This document shows positions 1 through 13,800 of a stretch of 64,000 bases of DNA, piece by piece (the first letter of the stretch is position 1; each line of letters opens with the position of its first letter). Source of the stretch: Eledone cirrhosa (Eukaryota); the NCBI GenBank assembly GCA_964016885.1, contig OZ024746.1, positions 100,254,001 through 100,318,000 on the forward strand, given 5' to 3'. Below the pieces are notes generated by a model. The model searched no databases and was not told the DNA's origin. It saw only the letters and a list, made by a program, of their open reading frames with translations. The position numbers and the translations under genes were made by a program.

Positions 1-44
1 GTGTTCATTAGAGTATCAAAGAAATTTCTGTCATATATACAGAT

Positions 45-225
45 AATTGTTTCTACTTTAGGCACAAGGCCAGCAATTACCCAGTGCATTACTGGCACTT
101 TATTTTATCGACCCCGTAAGGATGAAAGGCAAAGTCAACCTCGGCGGGATTTGAACTCAAATCGTAAAGGGACGTAACTATGCTGGAAAGCATGGCGTCC
201 GACCCTCTACCAATACTGCCAATCC
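45..225 (-). mobile_element. tRNA-derived SINE, the most abundant family in the window (about 20 full or partial copies)
   Basis: The reverse complement reads ttggcagtattggtagagggtcggacg...gagttcaaatcccgccgaggttgactttgcctttcatccttacggggtcgataaaataaag..ccagt. It has A-box/B-box-like motifs and an (att)-type tail. Other copies lie at about 4590-4910, 20612-20950, 24925-25090, 26325-26530, 27200-27410, 27735-28400, 47277-47390, 59752-60750 and 61340-61630. Confidence 0.85.
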
Positions 226-495
226 CGAAAAGGGTAATTAATTATAACCTATATTTCAATATTACCATCTTTACACATGGATACCCTTCATAGGATTTTA
301 CATTAAGCTATTCTAATATGAAGATCAGTAGATTTTTATCTTTTAGTTGTTATACTCTTGATGACATTAATTTTATCAGAATATACAACTAATGTTTATT
401 ACTTTAACCCTTTTGTGATCACATATTGCCCTTGTGTTTAAATCATCAAAATGTATGAAAGGTTTGGTGAAATAACTAAATTCTATAGTTGTTAA

Positions 496-860
496 CCCTT
501 TAGCATTTACATTACCTTATTTCCCGGCACCGAAGACCCTTCGTCCTCGAGGACGCACCCGAATTTTGACAATCAAAAATTAAAAAAAAATAATAAACAA
601 CCTTCGACCACCAGGACGCATGGTAGATTTTTGAGACATTTTAGGGAAAAGTAGCATCTTTGACGCCGGGAAATACGGTATTTTACTATTGTATTTTCAC
701 CACATAATTATCTCTCATAATATCGAATCTATGAGATTTTGATGTTATTTATTTTGAGAACAATACTTAAACATTGGTATGAGTGGCAGGTTGCAGCTGG
801 TTTGAACAAAAAGAGGTGAGAGAATTCTGGCTGGATACGGCTGGTTTAAATGCTAAAGGA
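496..860. mobile_element. piggyBac-like MITE (TTAA-flanked), interrupted by a second MITE
   Basis: Terminal inverted repeats TTAA|ccctttagcattta ... taaatgctaaagga|TTAA. A homologous copy lies in the opposite orientation at 61840-62563. Confidence 0.7.
515..678. mobile_element. Tc1/mariner(pogo)-type MITE
   Basis: TA|ccttatttcccggc ... gccgggaaatacgg|TA. Related copies lie at 10571-10736 and 21311-21474. Confidence 0.75.
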
Positions 861-1894
861 TTAAACTCTTCATGACATTAAAATCTTCTGTAAAAATATA
901 TAATAAATATTTATTACCTTAACCATTTTGGGAGCATATTGCTAACAAAAATATATTACCCCTGTGGTTTAATCATCAAAAAGTATGAAAGGTTTAACTA
1001 ATGAGATTTCAGTTCAAGGTGATAATATATATTTGGACAATTTATTACAGATCATTCCAGGTAGGCTGGTTTTTAAAGGGTTAACCTCTTTCTAAATAGC
1101 ACCAAAGATGGCGTGTCTATGTAGCTGCTTTACCTGCATCAAATTAGCCTCAAATCACTGCCACCACCATCATCATCATCATCATCATCATTTAACATCT
1201 ATTTTCCACGTTAGCATGGGTTAAATCAGTTGTCCCATGTCAAGTCAGGTAAGGTGACCATGTTTTATACAGAACTGTTTCTGGCTTGGGTTTCTATGGC
1301 TGGGTGCCCTTCCTAATCCTTCTTTCCCTTATACATTACTTACTTCATAGTTTCCAATTAGTTCAATTATGCCTTCACCCTTTCATGGCTGCATTCCTAA
1401 TGAAATATACTATTTTAATTAATGAAGAATTTTGAGGGATTTACTAAAATTATTAACTATTTCATTGCTAAGATAGTAACTTAATGTAAGGTTCTTATAT
1501 AAAATAATGTTGGAAGATTTTAATTTAAATTGGAAACCTTTAAAAAGCGTGGTTTTATTTCATAGAACCAGAGATAGCTTTGGCTGGATTAGTAACTAAA
1601 GGGTTAATGAGTTATCTCTGTGTTCTTACATTTCCCCTATACTAGTTAAGTTTGTAGGAAATGTTTAATGACTTACCTAGAAAAGTCCAGTGATAGGTAG
1701 CACAAGAACTTATAATATTCCATCCAACAAGACAACCTTTTATCAACTGAATCAGAGATTCTCAAAGTGAGCGCTACCACCCCAGGAGGGGGGGGGGGGT
1801 GAGATGATATAATAGTATACTAAATATCAAATGATACATGCATATAAATATAGTAAAATAATATATATATATATATATATAAAAGTATATTATT

Positions 1895-2280
1895 CAAAAT
1901 ATTAATAAATGAAGACATTCATGTAATCAAAATATATGTTTTATTATAAATATTTCGAAGGTACTGTGCTGTTTTTTTCAGTACGTCCTCGTCAGATAAA
2001 ATACATGAATTGATGTATGACATACCTCAGCGGTCTTGATGGTTCAATTCCAGTATTGGCAATCAATACTGCCAATACTGGAATTGAACCATCAAGACCG
2101 TTGAGGTATGTCATACATCAATTCATGTATTTTATCTGATGAGGACGTACTGAAAAAACAGCACAGTACCTTCGAAATATATATAATAAAACATATTTTG
2201 ATTATGTGAATGTCTTCATTTATTAATATTTTGTAAAACTATATTCATTGAGTAATCAATGAACCATATTAATCCTTGGT
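1895..2280. mobile_element. Non-coding fold-back element (Penelope pLTR-like) with hammerhead ribozyme
   Basis: Inverted arms 1895-2061 / 2070-2233 with an 8-nt loop and an unpaired tail to about 2280, flanked by (TA)n. Confidence 0.85.
2130..2191 (+). ncRNA. Type I hammerhead ribozyme (mirror copy on - strand 1939-2001)
   Basis: ttttat-CTGATGA-gga(c)gtactg..cagtac(c)ttc-GAAA-tatata-TA-ataaaa. Stem I ttttat/ataaaa, stem II gtactg/cagtac, palindromic stem III. Confidence 0.85.
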
Positions 2281-2720
2281 TATATATATATATATATTAT
2301 TTATTATATATATATTAAGGATTTTATTTATTATATATATATTAAGGATTTTATTTATTATATATTTACAATTTGGATGTAGGTAGGTCTCTCTGGAAAT
2401 AGGGTTGGAGGGCTATGAGGGTAATATGTGACCATGAAGGGCCAAAAGACTGAGAAGCTCTGCACTAGATCAATACAAGCTATGTCAGCCACTAGAGACA
2501 GATGGTATGAATAATCTGATGATAAACAGTGAAATACTGCAAGTTACAAATTAATATCAGACAGCTATAATGAAAGAATTAACTTACTAATTGGGTAATA
2601 GGCTTCTATAATGAAACATATAGAAGCCAGCATTTGATATTAGATAGTAGGAAAAACAGGATGAACGATGTGTGCGCGTGCGCGCGCGCGCGTGCGTGCG
2701 TGCTTGCGTGCGTGCGTGCG

Positions 2721-3030
2721 ATGGTAGCTAAGATGCTTCCATAGGCGGTATGCCGGTTGAGCACTCTATGCTCTTACAGAGCAGAGTATGATATAATAGA
2801 AAACGAAAAATCAGTGATGCATCTGAACTCAATTTATTTGGTTACAGTTGTTTTGCCGGCGAGTGAGAAAATATGCTCCGAAATCATTAGACGTGTCCGT
2901 CGAACCTGCGGATCCAGAATCACACAGATCCACACAATGATCGCGTCTCGAGCTGTCCACCGGCGAAACAATTGTAACACACAATAAATTGAGTTCATAT
3001 GCATCACTGATTTTTCGTTTTCTATTATAT
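2721..3030. mobile_element. Decayed fold-back element with partial hammerhead motif
   Basis: Inverted arms 2791-2859 / 2960-3030. The right side contains ga-gctg..cggc-GAAA-caattg-TA. Flanked by (GCGT)n and (TA)n. Confidence 0.65.
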
Positions 3031-3039
3031 ATATATATA

Positions 3040-4216
3040 TGGGAAATGGCCATGCTCAGTGTGTAGGAAAGGAGTAGGCAGAAACTCCATTTTATGTCCC
3101 AAATGCAAAGTATGGGTGCATAAAAGATGTAGTGGGATCACAGGTAAGCTAACTAAGAATATAGATTTTATATGTGGCCGGTGCTCTGGTGCAATAAGTA
3201 GCAGCAAGTGCTCACAGAATACTAGCTCATTCCATTGCACAGATGGTTCTATAGAAATAGTGGACACCTTCCATTACCTGGGTGACAAAATCAGCAGTGG
3301 TGGAGGGTGCTCTGAAAGTACAGTAGCTAGAGTCAGAACGGGATGGAAAAAGTTCTGAGAGCTTATACCACTATTGGCCGCTAAAGGGTTCTCTCTAAAA
3401 ATGAAAGGCAGGCTGTATGATGCCTGCATACGAACAGCAATGTTACATGGCAGTGAGACCTGGGCATTGTGTGCAGAGGATATACGCAGACTGGAGAGAA
3501 ACGAAGCTTGCATGCTCCGCTGGATGTGTAATAGTAATATACGTGAATGGCAAAGCATACACGAACTAAGGGAGAAATTAGGAATAAGAGGGATCAGATG
3601 TTTACTTGAGAGAAGACTACGTTGGTACGGTCACGTGATGCGCATGAAAGACGACAGCTGTATAAAAAAGTGCAGGGCAATAAAAATAGACGGTAGCCAC
3701 GGAGTAGGCAGACCCAGAAAAACGTGGGACGACTTGATAAATTCCGACCTCACACACTTGCACCTCTCCAAGACAATGTCACTGGACCGAGATCTTTGGC
3801 GCTACATAGTCATACAGAAGACCCGCCTTGCCTAAGTACAAAGCGAAACCTACAGTCAGTAGGCACCTCTAACAAAATACACCCCGTCCCACTACCCCCA
3901 CCCCATCCACACCACCCACTTAAATGTGAAGTTATGTTGGTACCACAATATCCAGTCCGAAACAAATGAGGTTGTGTAGGTGTCACGACAAAAAAACACA
4001 CAGGCCACGCTGTAATGTGGCCGTGTAGGTAACACGGTAAAAACCTCCCAGTCCCACACTGTAAATGTGGTTGGTGTTAGGAAGGGCATCCAGCCGTAGA
4101 AAACCCGCCAGACAGTCCTATACGAGCAGGACAACAATTCTTGCCTCAAGTGGGAAAACTCCTGTCAAAACCCATGCAAACGTGGAAGATGGACGTTAAA
4201 CGATGATGATGATGAT
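3040..4216 (+). mobile_element. 5'-truncated RTE-clade LINE: PHD-type finger, RT C-terminus, 3' UTR, (GAT)n tail
   Basis: ORFs 3059-3358 and 3374-3835 give EIVDTFHYLG, ARVRTGWKKF, MLHGSETW, RRLRWYGHVMR and GRPRKTW. There is an internal stop at about 3356. Confidence 0.9.
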
Positions 4217-4914
4217 ATATATATATATATATGAGATAGAAATACGTAAAAGTACCATAAAAGTTTGCAGTAGTAGTAGAGAAAGAAAAGAGGAAAACTG
4301 TATGACACACAAAGAAGATAGGTATTTTCAAAAGATATTAGACATCAATAGGGAGATATAGAGTGACAGAAAGATAGCAACACTATTACAGTTATTGAAA
4401 CAAGAAGACATACTAACCAACTAAATATTCAATACCAGATTTAGTGAGACTAAGAAAACCAACACCACTAAAACTGTCAACTCCATCACCAATAACATGC
4501 ATTAGATTAGACAATGAGACAGGTTCTATATGGTCACTTCATCTGCTAGACATAACAGTCAAATCTGCCTTAAACTGTTTTGTTTTTTTAAATAATTGTT
4601 TCTACTTTTGGCACAAGGCCAGCAATTATTCCCAGTGCATTACTGGTATTTTATTTTATCGACCCCCGTAAGAATGAAAGGCAAAGTTAACCTTGGCGGG
4701 ATTTGAACTCAGAATGTAAAGTGCCATAACTATGCTGCAAAGCATAGTGTGATGCTCTACCGATACTGCCAATCCACTGGCTATTTTTATTTTTATAATT
4801 GTTTCTACTTTTGGCACAAGGCCAGCAATTACCCCAGTCTATTACTGGTACTTTATTTTATCAACCCCGTAAGGATGAAAGGCAAAGTTAACCTCGGCGG
4901 TATTTGAACTCGGA

Positions 4915-5855
4915 CAGTTTAGGGAAAGAGTCAAATTAGACAAGATGCAGTTTGGCTTCATGCCTGGGTAAAGTACTAGAGATGCCCTCTTCTTAGTGAG
5001 GCAACTACAAAATAACTTCCTAATGAAGAATAAGCCACTATATTTAGCTTTTGTTGATCTAGAAAAGGCCTTTGACAGAGTACCTTGATCCATTATCTGG
5101 TGGTCCTTAAGGAAATTATGTGTAGAAGAATGGTTTGTGAGAGCAGTGTAAGACATGTACAGAAGAGCTGTCAGTAAAATGAGAGTAGGAAGTGGGTTTA
5201 GTGAGGAATTCAAGGTTCAAATAGGAGTTCATCAATGTTCAGTTCTTAGTCCACCACTGTTTATCATAGTTCTCCAGGCCATAACAGAGGACTTTAAAAC
5301 TGGCTGCCCATGGGAACTTCTCTATGCAGATGAACTGGTCCTTATAGCTGAATCCATTAAAGAACTGTTTATGGAAACAGAATTTTGAATCAAAGGGTCT
5401 GAGAGTAAACTTAGCCAAAATTAAAGTGCTAGTGAGTAGGAGAGAAGATAGGACCCTGATTCCTTCTGGGAAGTGGCCCTGCTCAATATGTAGAAAAGGA
5501 GTAGGCATAAACTCCATACAATGTACACAATGTAAATCTTGGATGCAAAGGAGATGTAGTGGGATAACAGGAAAGGAGGACTTTGTATGTAGAAGTAATC
5601 GAGGGAAAGAGCTTCAGTGATATAAACCTCTTCAAGTCACAGGAAGGGTCCATAGAAGTGGTTACTGATAACTTCTATCTAGGTGACAATTAGCAATGGA
5701 GGAAGGTGCTCTGAAAGCATAATAGCTAGAATAAGGATAGGGTGGACGAAATTTAGAGAGCTACTTCCTCTGTTGACAACAAAAGGTTTCTCCCTATATA
5801 CAAAAGAACAACTGTACAATGCTTGTGTGGGAAGTGTGATGCTGCATGGTAGTGA
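4915..5855 (+). mobile_element. Degenerate RTE-clade LINE reverse transcriptase fragment
   Basis: QFGFMPG, AFVDLEKAFDRVP, GVHQCSVLSP, ELLYADELV, KWPCSICRKGVG and MLHGS motifs, with frameshifts. Confidence 0.9.
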
Positions 5856-5859
5856 TGAT

Positions 5860-5878
5860 TATATATATATATACATAT

Positions 5879-5921
<43 letters not shown>

Positions 5922-6150
5922 TACATACACACACATATATATATACATATATATACAAACACACACACATATATATATATATATATACACAAACACACAC
6001 ACATATATATATACAAACACACACACATATATATACATATATATACAAACACACACACATATATATATACAAACACACACACATATATATATATACATAT
6101 ATATACAAACACACACACACACACACACATATATATACATATATATACAA

Positions 6151-6181
<31 letters not shown>

Positions 6182-6194
6182 CATATATATACAA

Positions 6195-6225
<31 letters not shown>

Positions 6226-6275
6226 CATATATATACAAACACACACACATATATATATATATACAAACACACACG

Positions 6276-6313
<38 letters not shown>

Positions 6314-6345
6314 CATACATACAAACACACATATATATATATATC
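5860..6345. repeat. (TA)/(CA) compound microsatellite
   Basis: Direct inspection. Confidence 0.95.
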
Positions 6346-6384
6346 ATCATCATCACCTTTTTACGTCCCTTCTTCCAATTATAT

Positions 6385-7585
6385 ATATACAAACACTCAG
6401 ACTCGGGAGCTCCCGCGTCTTGCGACGCATGAGGCAATCATAATGTTCCACCGCGTTCGGTCAGCAGCCAGTTGCACTGCGTCCCGCCATTGTCTGCCGC
6501 TCACAGGTCCCTCTCAACTGTCTGGCGCCAGTTCATATTGGGTCGCCCTCTCCGTCTGCTTCCCTGCGGGCTCCATTTAAGTACTTGGTTCGCCAGTCTC
6601 TCCGGAGGAAGTCTCAAAGCGTGTCCAAACCAGCCCAGGCGTCGCTTGCAGATGGCAGAAGAGACTAGCTGCTGGTTGGTGCGGTTCCTGACTTCCTGGT
6701 TTGTTACATGGTCACTCCATTTAATCCCCAGGATCTTTCGCAGACACCTGGAATCAAATGCGTCCAACTTCTTCTCTTGGCTGGTCTTAAGGTGCCATGT
6801 TTCACTTCCGTACAAGAGTGTGGACAGCATGTTGCTGTTGTAGAATCTCATCTCTGTTTTGAGGGTGAACTTCCTGCTCTTCCAGATCTTGTCAAGCTGG
6901 TTAAATGCTGCTGAAGCCTTTCCTATTCTACATTGCAGTTCACTGTCCATGGTGCCCTCATTGTTAAAGGAGCTTCCTAGGTAGGTGAAGTTGTCCACTA
7001 TCTCCACCTCCCCCTGTTCAATGAAGACACTAGTTGGTGATGGGTGTGTCCCAGATAACATGCTTTTGGTCTTCTTAGCACTGATATTGAGACGTAAGCT
7101 TCCTGCTTCGACATTGATATTGTTCACAATGATTTGCAGGTCAGCTGTGCTCTCTGCAAGTGCAGTAATATCGTCCGCAAAGTTCAGGTCAGACAACTTT
7201 TGCTCTCCTACCCAAGATATACCCTGGTCTTTAGACGCTCTTCTTAGTACCCAGTCAATGGCTATGGCAAAGAGAATTGGGGAGAGCGAGCAACCTTGAC
7301 GCACACCAGTAACCACCTCAAACCAGTCACTGTAACCATCCTCTGTCTGTATGCAGCACTTGGAGTTTGCGTAAATCTGTTTGATTGCCGAAATGACTTT
7401 CTGGGGCAGACCCTACTCATGCATGATGCTCCAGAGCGACGGTCGATGAATGCTATCGAATGCTTTGGAGAAATCGATAAAGCTGATGGCGAGGGCCTCT
7501 GGAATTTGTTATATTTCTCAATGATGCGGCGTAGCGTAAAGATCTGCTTTGCACAGAAATGTTTTGGTCGGAACCCTGCCTGTTC
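6385..7585 (-). mobile_element. RTE (BovB/RTE-1-like) LINE ORF2 fragment
   Basis: ORF 6501-7316 gives GVRQGCSLSP, LNFADDI, FTYLGS, LLYGSETW, RRLGWFGHALR and RRRGRP. An upstream FxKAFDS motif lies near 7455-7480. Confidence 0.92.
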
Positions 7586-7587
7586 TC

Positions 7588-7699
7588 AAACACACACACA
7601 CACATATATAAACACACACACACACACACACATATACAAACACACACACACACATATATACAAACACACACACATATACAAACACACACACACATACAA

Positions 7700-7752
<53 letters not shown>

Positions 7753-7817
7753 CACACATACTCCAAACACACAAACACACATACAAACACACAAACACAC
7801 ACACAAACACACACACA

Positions 7818-7867
<50 letters not shown>

Positions 7868-7905
7868 ACACATACATACAAATATATACAAACACATATA
7901 TATAT
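7588..7905. repeat. (CA)/(TA) compound microsatellite
   Basis: Direct inspection. Confidence 0.95.
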
Positions 7906-8439
7906 TACACTGGCATCATACTCAGAAAATCTGCACGAAACCTTATCCACAATGTTAAGATGATTAAGTTTGTTTCTAATTCTGCAGACAAGCACTTAGC
8001 ACCTCCATTGCATTCATACATAACACAATTTCACATCCTACACACAACCACACAGCACACCTTAGAGTAACACTTCCTAAACGTGTGTCCTTGAAGGCCA
8101 TTACAAGTTTTTGTAGTCTGTGAAATCCTGCTGCTAAGATATTCCCCGTCAGCTATGTTAGCTCTAGTGAATTGGCAAAGGCCTTAGAATACTGGATAGA
8201 ACACGTAGAATTTATTCCAGGCTTCTGAGCTGAGTTAAAACTTCTCTCAAGTATCCTTGCCTTTTATTCTTCTAGGGTCAATAAATAAAGAAGCAATACT
8301 GGTCAAATAATGAACTAGATCAGGGGTTCCCAACCATGTTTGCGTCATTGCCTGCTTTCACATGGAAAACTTTTCACTGCCCATCTGTATAGTAAATTTT
8401 CAAAAGCGTATCAAAAATGTTAAAATTTGCTTTATGTGG

Positions 8440-8950
8440 AGTGATTCTCTGAGCGGCACTCTCTATCGAGTAACATTATTTCAAGGAACTTTCGGAGGAA
8501 CCCATTCTAACCACATGCCCATAGTTTCGGAGCTGTGATCTCACAATTCAGAGAAGTTGTAGCTCTACCTGGAGTGACTCATCTCCGAGCTATCAAGTAA
8601 CATTCCTCCAAAGACCCTTTGGAGGAACTTCATTTTGACTGCTTGTATTCATGATCCCATTCTTTCAGTCATTACCCAAGATTCATAACCAGAGGTAAGG
8701 GTTGACGTAAATACCAAATTGAAGATAACGAGTTTGGCTTTTATGCCAACCTCCCTTCTGATTACTGAATGCTGAAGTTGGTACATTACTGCACCAACTC
8801 CTGCAATTCCTGCACTTAATTCAGCCTCCTGCCTTCTATAACTCATAAACATGGCCCCGAGATACTTGAACGTCTCCACCTGCTTCAGTGGAACTTCACA
8901 TGTAGAGTACACTGTGCAGGCTTTCTTGAGAGGACGAGTGCCTCAGACTT
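8440..8950 (-). mobile_element. Old RTE LINE fragment
   Basis: ORF 8649-8912 gives LKQVETFKYLG ... TLTSGYESWVMTER. Confidence 0.75.
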
Positions 8951-9246
8951 CGCATTAAAATCCTATATAACCCACCAAAATTTCCAATTGTCCACTATTT
9001 TCTGTTCAGTTACTCATCACCCACCCAACAGTTGAAATCACCCGTTCGTATGCGATATTGCCCAGATTAGGAAAATCTGAACGCGATTCTTTTCGATCCC
9101 TCTGTTTGAATCAGCTACATTGCACCATAAGGAAGGGTCACAGGAGACCACTAACAGAAGCATTTCCCCTCCTAAAAATGGAGAAGGATTGAGCAAGGTG
9201 CTAGCTGACAACCTCATATAATAAAAAAAATATATCATTGAATGAT

Positions 9247-9283
<37 letters not shown>

Positions 9284-9394
9284 TGTGTGAAAAGTTTCTA
9301 CTGCAAAATTCAGCTAGGCTACATATGGAGGGTCAACATTCACTTTTTACCTTGAACTACTAATATAACCCAGTTACAAGTATAAAAATACACT

Positions 9395-9590
9395 CTTGAC
9401 AGGTGCAATGTGTCCCAACACGGAAGAGCCGAACTCCCACCGTCATCACCCCCGTCTCTCTCGCCCTCCCCATCTCTCTGTATAGTGAGCAAATGGGGTC
9501 CTACGTGCTGGCCTCCACACATGCCCGGCGGACAGGATGGAGAAGGTGTTTCCTCGGAGGATGGTCAGGGAGATGTGCTGGAATATCCAA
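9395..9590 (-). mobile_element. CRE-clade non-LTR retrotransposon 3' end
   Basis: Homologous to 45710-45895 (FQHISLTILRGNTFSILS). Confidence 0.7.
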
Positions 9591-10570
9591 GCAATTAAAA
9601 AATACAAATTCTACAATATATAGTGAATGCTCTCCCCTTGTTATTGTGAAATTTCCGTTTAAAACTTATCAGTGTTCACTAAGATTCAACGAGGGAAGCT
9701 TCTGTTTTACAGCTTCCCTCCTTTCTTTTTACTTTTCTTATCCATAATCTCCCCCCCCCCCTCCTTATCCTTCCATATTTGAAATGTTATTTTTGTTATT
9801 TCATTTTTTCCCCCTTTTCTCTTTTTTTTATTACTTATCTCACTAGTTCGTTTTTACTACCAACTGTAAGGAGTACTCGATACTTCACAGAGTTTAGCTT
9901 GGCTTACTAGCTCTATACGGACGTATAAATTGAATAAATAAACACTGCAGGGTGTAATTCAATCCAATACTAAAGGGCGTAACTTGAAAAATTAGTTACA
10001 AGTAAACATAAATACATTGTAGAGGATTGTGTAGTTTGTGGTAAATGGTAGAGGTTACTTAAGAAGCTCAGCTGTCTTGGTGAACTGACTGACTGTAAGG
10101 GATGAAAGCTGACAAGGCTATGAAGACTACACCACAAGGTAAGAACCTATATACAGTCACTTAACCTGCTAGACATCACAGTTAAATGGTGGGTGTGGAA
10201 TGGGTGAAGTGGAGGTGGAGTGATGTGGGGGTGGGGGTCGGGATTATGCAGTAGGTGTGTCGAGTGGGGGGGTAGGGCGGTGTGGAGTGGGTGTTGGGTT
10301 GTGGAGTGGGCGTAGGGTGGTGAGAAGTGGAAGATTTTATTTATATATTATTTACAATTTGCGTGTAGGTCTCTCAGGAAATAGGGTTGGGGGCGCTGAA
10401 CGTATTACATGGCCGTGAGGGAGAAGAGGTGGTGGCCCAAAAAGTTTAAGAACCTCTGAGCTAAATAATAAAGTTTATATTACTAAATAACTCCAAATTT
10501 GGACTATTTTGAAAATCCTAGACAGTATCATTCATTAGAAATATGATCAAGGAATGGTTGAAGATGCTTA

Positions 10571-10736
10571 TCGTATTTCCCGGTATCGATCGCTACTTTT
10601 TCCCTAAAAACGTCTCAAAAATCTAACATGCGTCCTGGAGGCAGAAGATTGTTTTTTATTTTTTATTCAAATTTTTGGTTGTCAGAATTAGGGTCCGCCC
10701 TGGAGGATGAAGCGTCTTTGGTGCCGGGAAATACGG
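10571..10736. mobile_element. Tc1/mariner-type MITE
   Basis: TA-flanked TIRs tcgtatttcccgg / ccgggaaatacgg. Homologous to 515-678. Confidence 0.7.
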
Positions 10737-10859
10737 TAATTACGGAACATCTTCAAAGAATATTTTATTTGACAGCATACCCGCCATCATAATATTATAA
10801 ATAAAAAGAGAAAACAGAAAGACAAGGGAAAAGAAAAAAAGAAAAAAAAAACACGCACA

Positions 10860-13800
10860 CACATACACAAGCAGGCAATACATACATCTAGGACCACATA
10901 CAACACACAAGCAGGTAATACATCTAGGACCGCATACAACACACAAGCAGGTAATACATCTAGGACCACATACAATACACAAGCAGGCAATACATACATC
11001 TAGGACCACATACAACACACAAGCAGGTAATACACACATCTAGGACCACATACAACACACAGGCAGGTAATACATCTAGGACCGCATACAACACACAAGC
11101 AGGTAATACACACATCTAGGACCGCATACATCACACAAGCAGGTAATATATACATCTAGGACCACATACAACATACAAGCAGGTAATACACACATCTAGG
11201 ACCACATACAACACACAAGCAGGTAATACACACATCTAGAAACGCATACAACATACAGGCAGGTAATACACACATCTAGGACCGCATACAACACACAGGC
11301 ATGTAATACACACATCTAGGACCACATACAACACACAAGCAGGTAATACACACATCTAGGACCACATACAACACACAAGCGGGTAATACACACATCTAGG
11401 ACCACATACAACATACAAGCAGGTAATACACACATCTAGGACCATATACAATACACAAGCAGGTAATACACACATCTAGGACCACATACAACACACAAGC
11501 AGGTAATACATACATCTAGGACCACATACAACACACAAGCAGGTAATACACACATCTAGGACCACATACAACATACAAGCAGGTAATACACACATCTAGG
11601 ACCATATACAATACACAAGCAGGTAATACACACATCTAGGACCGCATACAACACACAAGCAGGTAATACACACATCTAGGACCACATACAACACACAAGC
11701 AGGTAATACACACATCTAAGACCACATACAACACACAAGCAGGTAATACACACATCTAGGATCACATACAACACACAAGCAGGTAATACATACATCTAGG
11801 ACCACATACAACACACAAGCAGTTAATACATACATCTAGGACCACATACAACACATAAGCAGGTAATACACACATCTAGGACCACATACAATCCACGAGC
11901 AGGTAATATATACATCTAGGACCGCATACAACACACAAGCAGGTAATACATACATCTTGGACCACATACAACAAACAGGCAGGTAATACATACATCTAGG
12001 ACCACATACAACACACAAGCAGGTAATATATACATCTAGGACCACATACAACACAGAGGAAGGTAATACATACATCTAGGACCACATACAACACAGAGGA
12101 AGGTAATACATACATCTAGGACCACATACAACACACAAGCAGGTAATATATACATCTAGGACAGCATACAACACACAAGCAGGTAACACATACATCTAGG
12201 ACCGCATACAACATACAAGCAGGTAATACACACATCTAGGACCGCATACAACACACAAGCAGGTAATACACACATCTAGGACCGCATACAACATACAGGC
12301 AGGTAATACATACATCTAGGACCGCATACAACATACAAGCAGGTAATACACACATCTAGGACCACATACAACACACAAGCAGGTAATACATACATCTAGG
12401 ACCACATACAACACACAGGCAGGTAATACATACATCTAGGACCACATACAACACACAAGCAGGTAATATATACATCTAGGACCACATACAACACAGAGGA
12501 AGGTAATACATACATCTAGGACCTCATACAACACACAAGCAGGTAATACATACATCTAGGACCACATACAACACACAAGCAGGTAATATATACATCTAGG
12601 ACCGCATACAACACACAAGCAGGTAACACATACATCTAGGACAGCATACAACACAAAAACAGGTAATACACACATCTAGGACCGCATACAACATACAAGC
12701 AGGTAATACACACATCTAGGACCGCATACAACATACAGGCAGGTAATACATACATCTAGGACCGCATACAACATAGAAGCAGGTAATACACACATCTAGG
12801 ACCGCATACAACATACAAGCAGGTAATACACACATCTAGGACCGCATACAACACACAAGCAGGTAATACACACATCTAGGACCGCATACAACATACAGGG
12901 AGGTAATACATACATCTAGGACCGCATACAACATACAAGCAGGTAATACACACATCTAGGACCACATACAACACACAAGCAGGTAATACACACATCTAGG
13001 ACCACATACAACACACAAGCAGGTAATACACACATCTAGGACCGCATACAATACACAAGCAGGTAATATATACATCTAGGACCACATACAACATACAGGC
13101 AGGTAATACACACATCTAGGACCGCATACAACATACAAGCAGGTAATACACACATCTAGGACCGCATACAACACACAAGCAGGTAATACATACATCTAGG
13201 ACCACATACAACACACAGGCAGGTAATACATACATCTAGGACCGCATACAACATAGAAGCAGGTAATACACACATCTAGGACCACATACAACACACAAGC
13301 AGGTAATACACACATCTAGGACCACATACAACACACAAGCAGGTAATACACACATCTAGGACCACATACAACACACAAGCAGGTAATACACACATCTAGG
13401 ACCACATACAACACACAAGCAGGTAATACACACATCTAGGACCACATACAACACACAAGCAGGTAATACACACATCTAGGACCACATACAACACACAAGC
13501 AGGTAATACACACATCTAGGACCACATACAACACACAAGCAGGTAATACACACATCTAGGACCACATACAACACACAAGCAGGTAATACACACATCTAGG
13601 ACCACATACAACACACAAGCAGGTAATACACACATCTAGGACCGCATACAACACACAAGCAGGTAATACATACATCTAGGACCACATACAACACACAGGC
13701 AGGTAATACATACATCTAGGACCGCATACAACATAGAAGCAGGTAATACACACATCTAGGACCACATACAACACACAAGCAGGTAATACACACATCTAGG

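Larger units (their letters stand above)
1753..2462. mobile_element. hAT-type MITE hosting a fold-back element in its internal (TA)n
   Basis: TIRs cagagattctcaa / tgagaagctctg. The body is homologous to 30754-31282, which lacks the 1895-2280 insert. Confidence 0.7.

Noticed and set aside
9010-9195. Possible + strand exon after ttttctgttcag
   Set aside because: The open frames are short, with no recognisable homology or convincing donor site.
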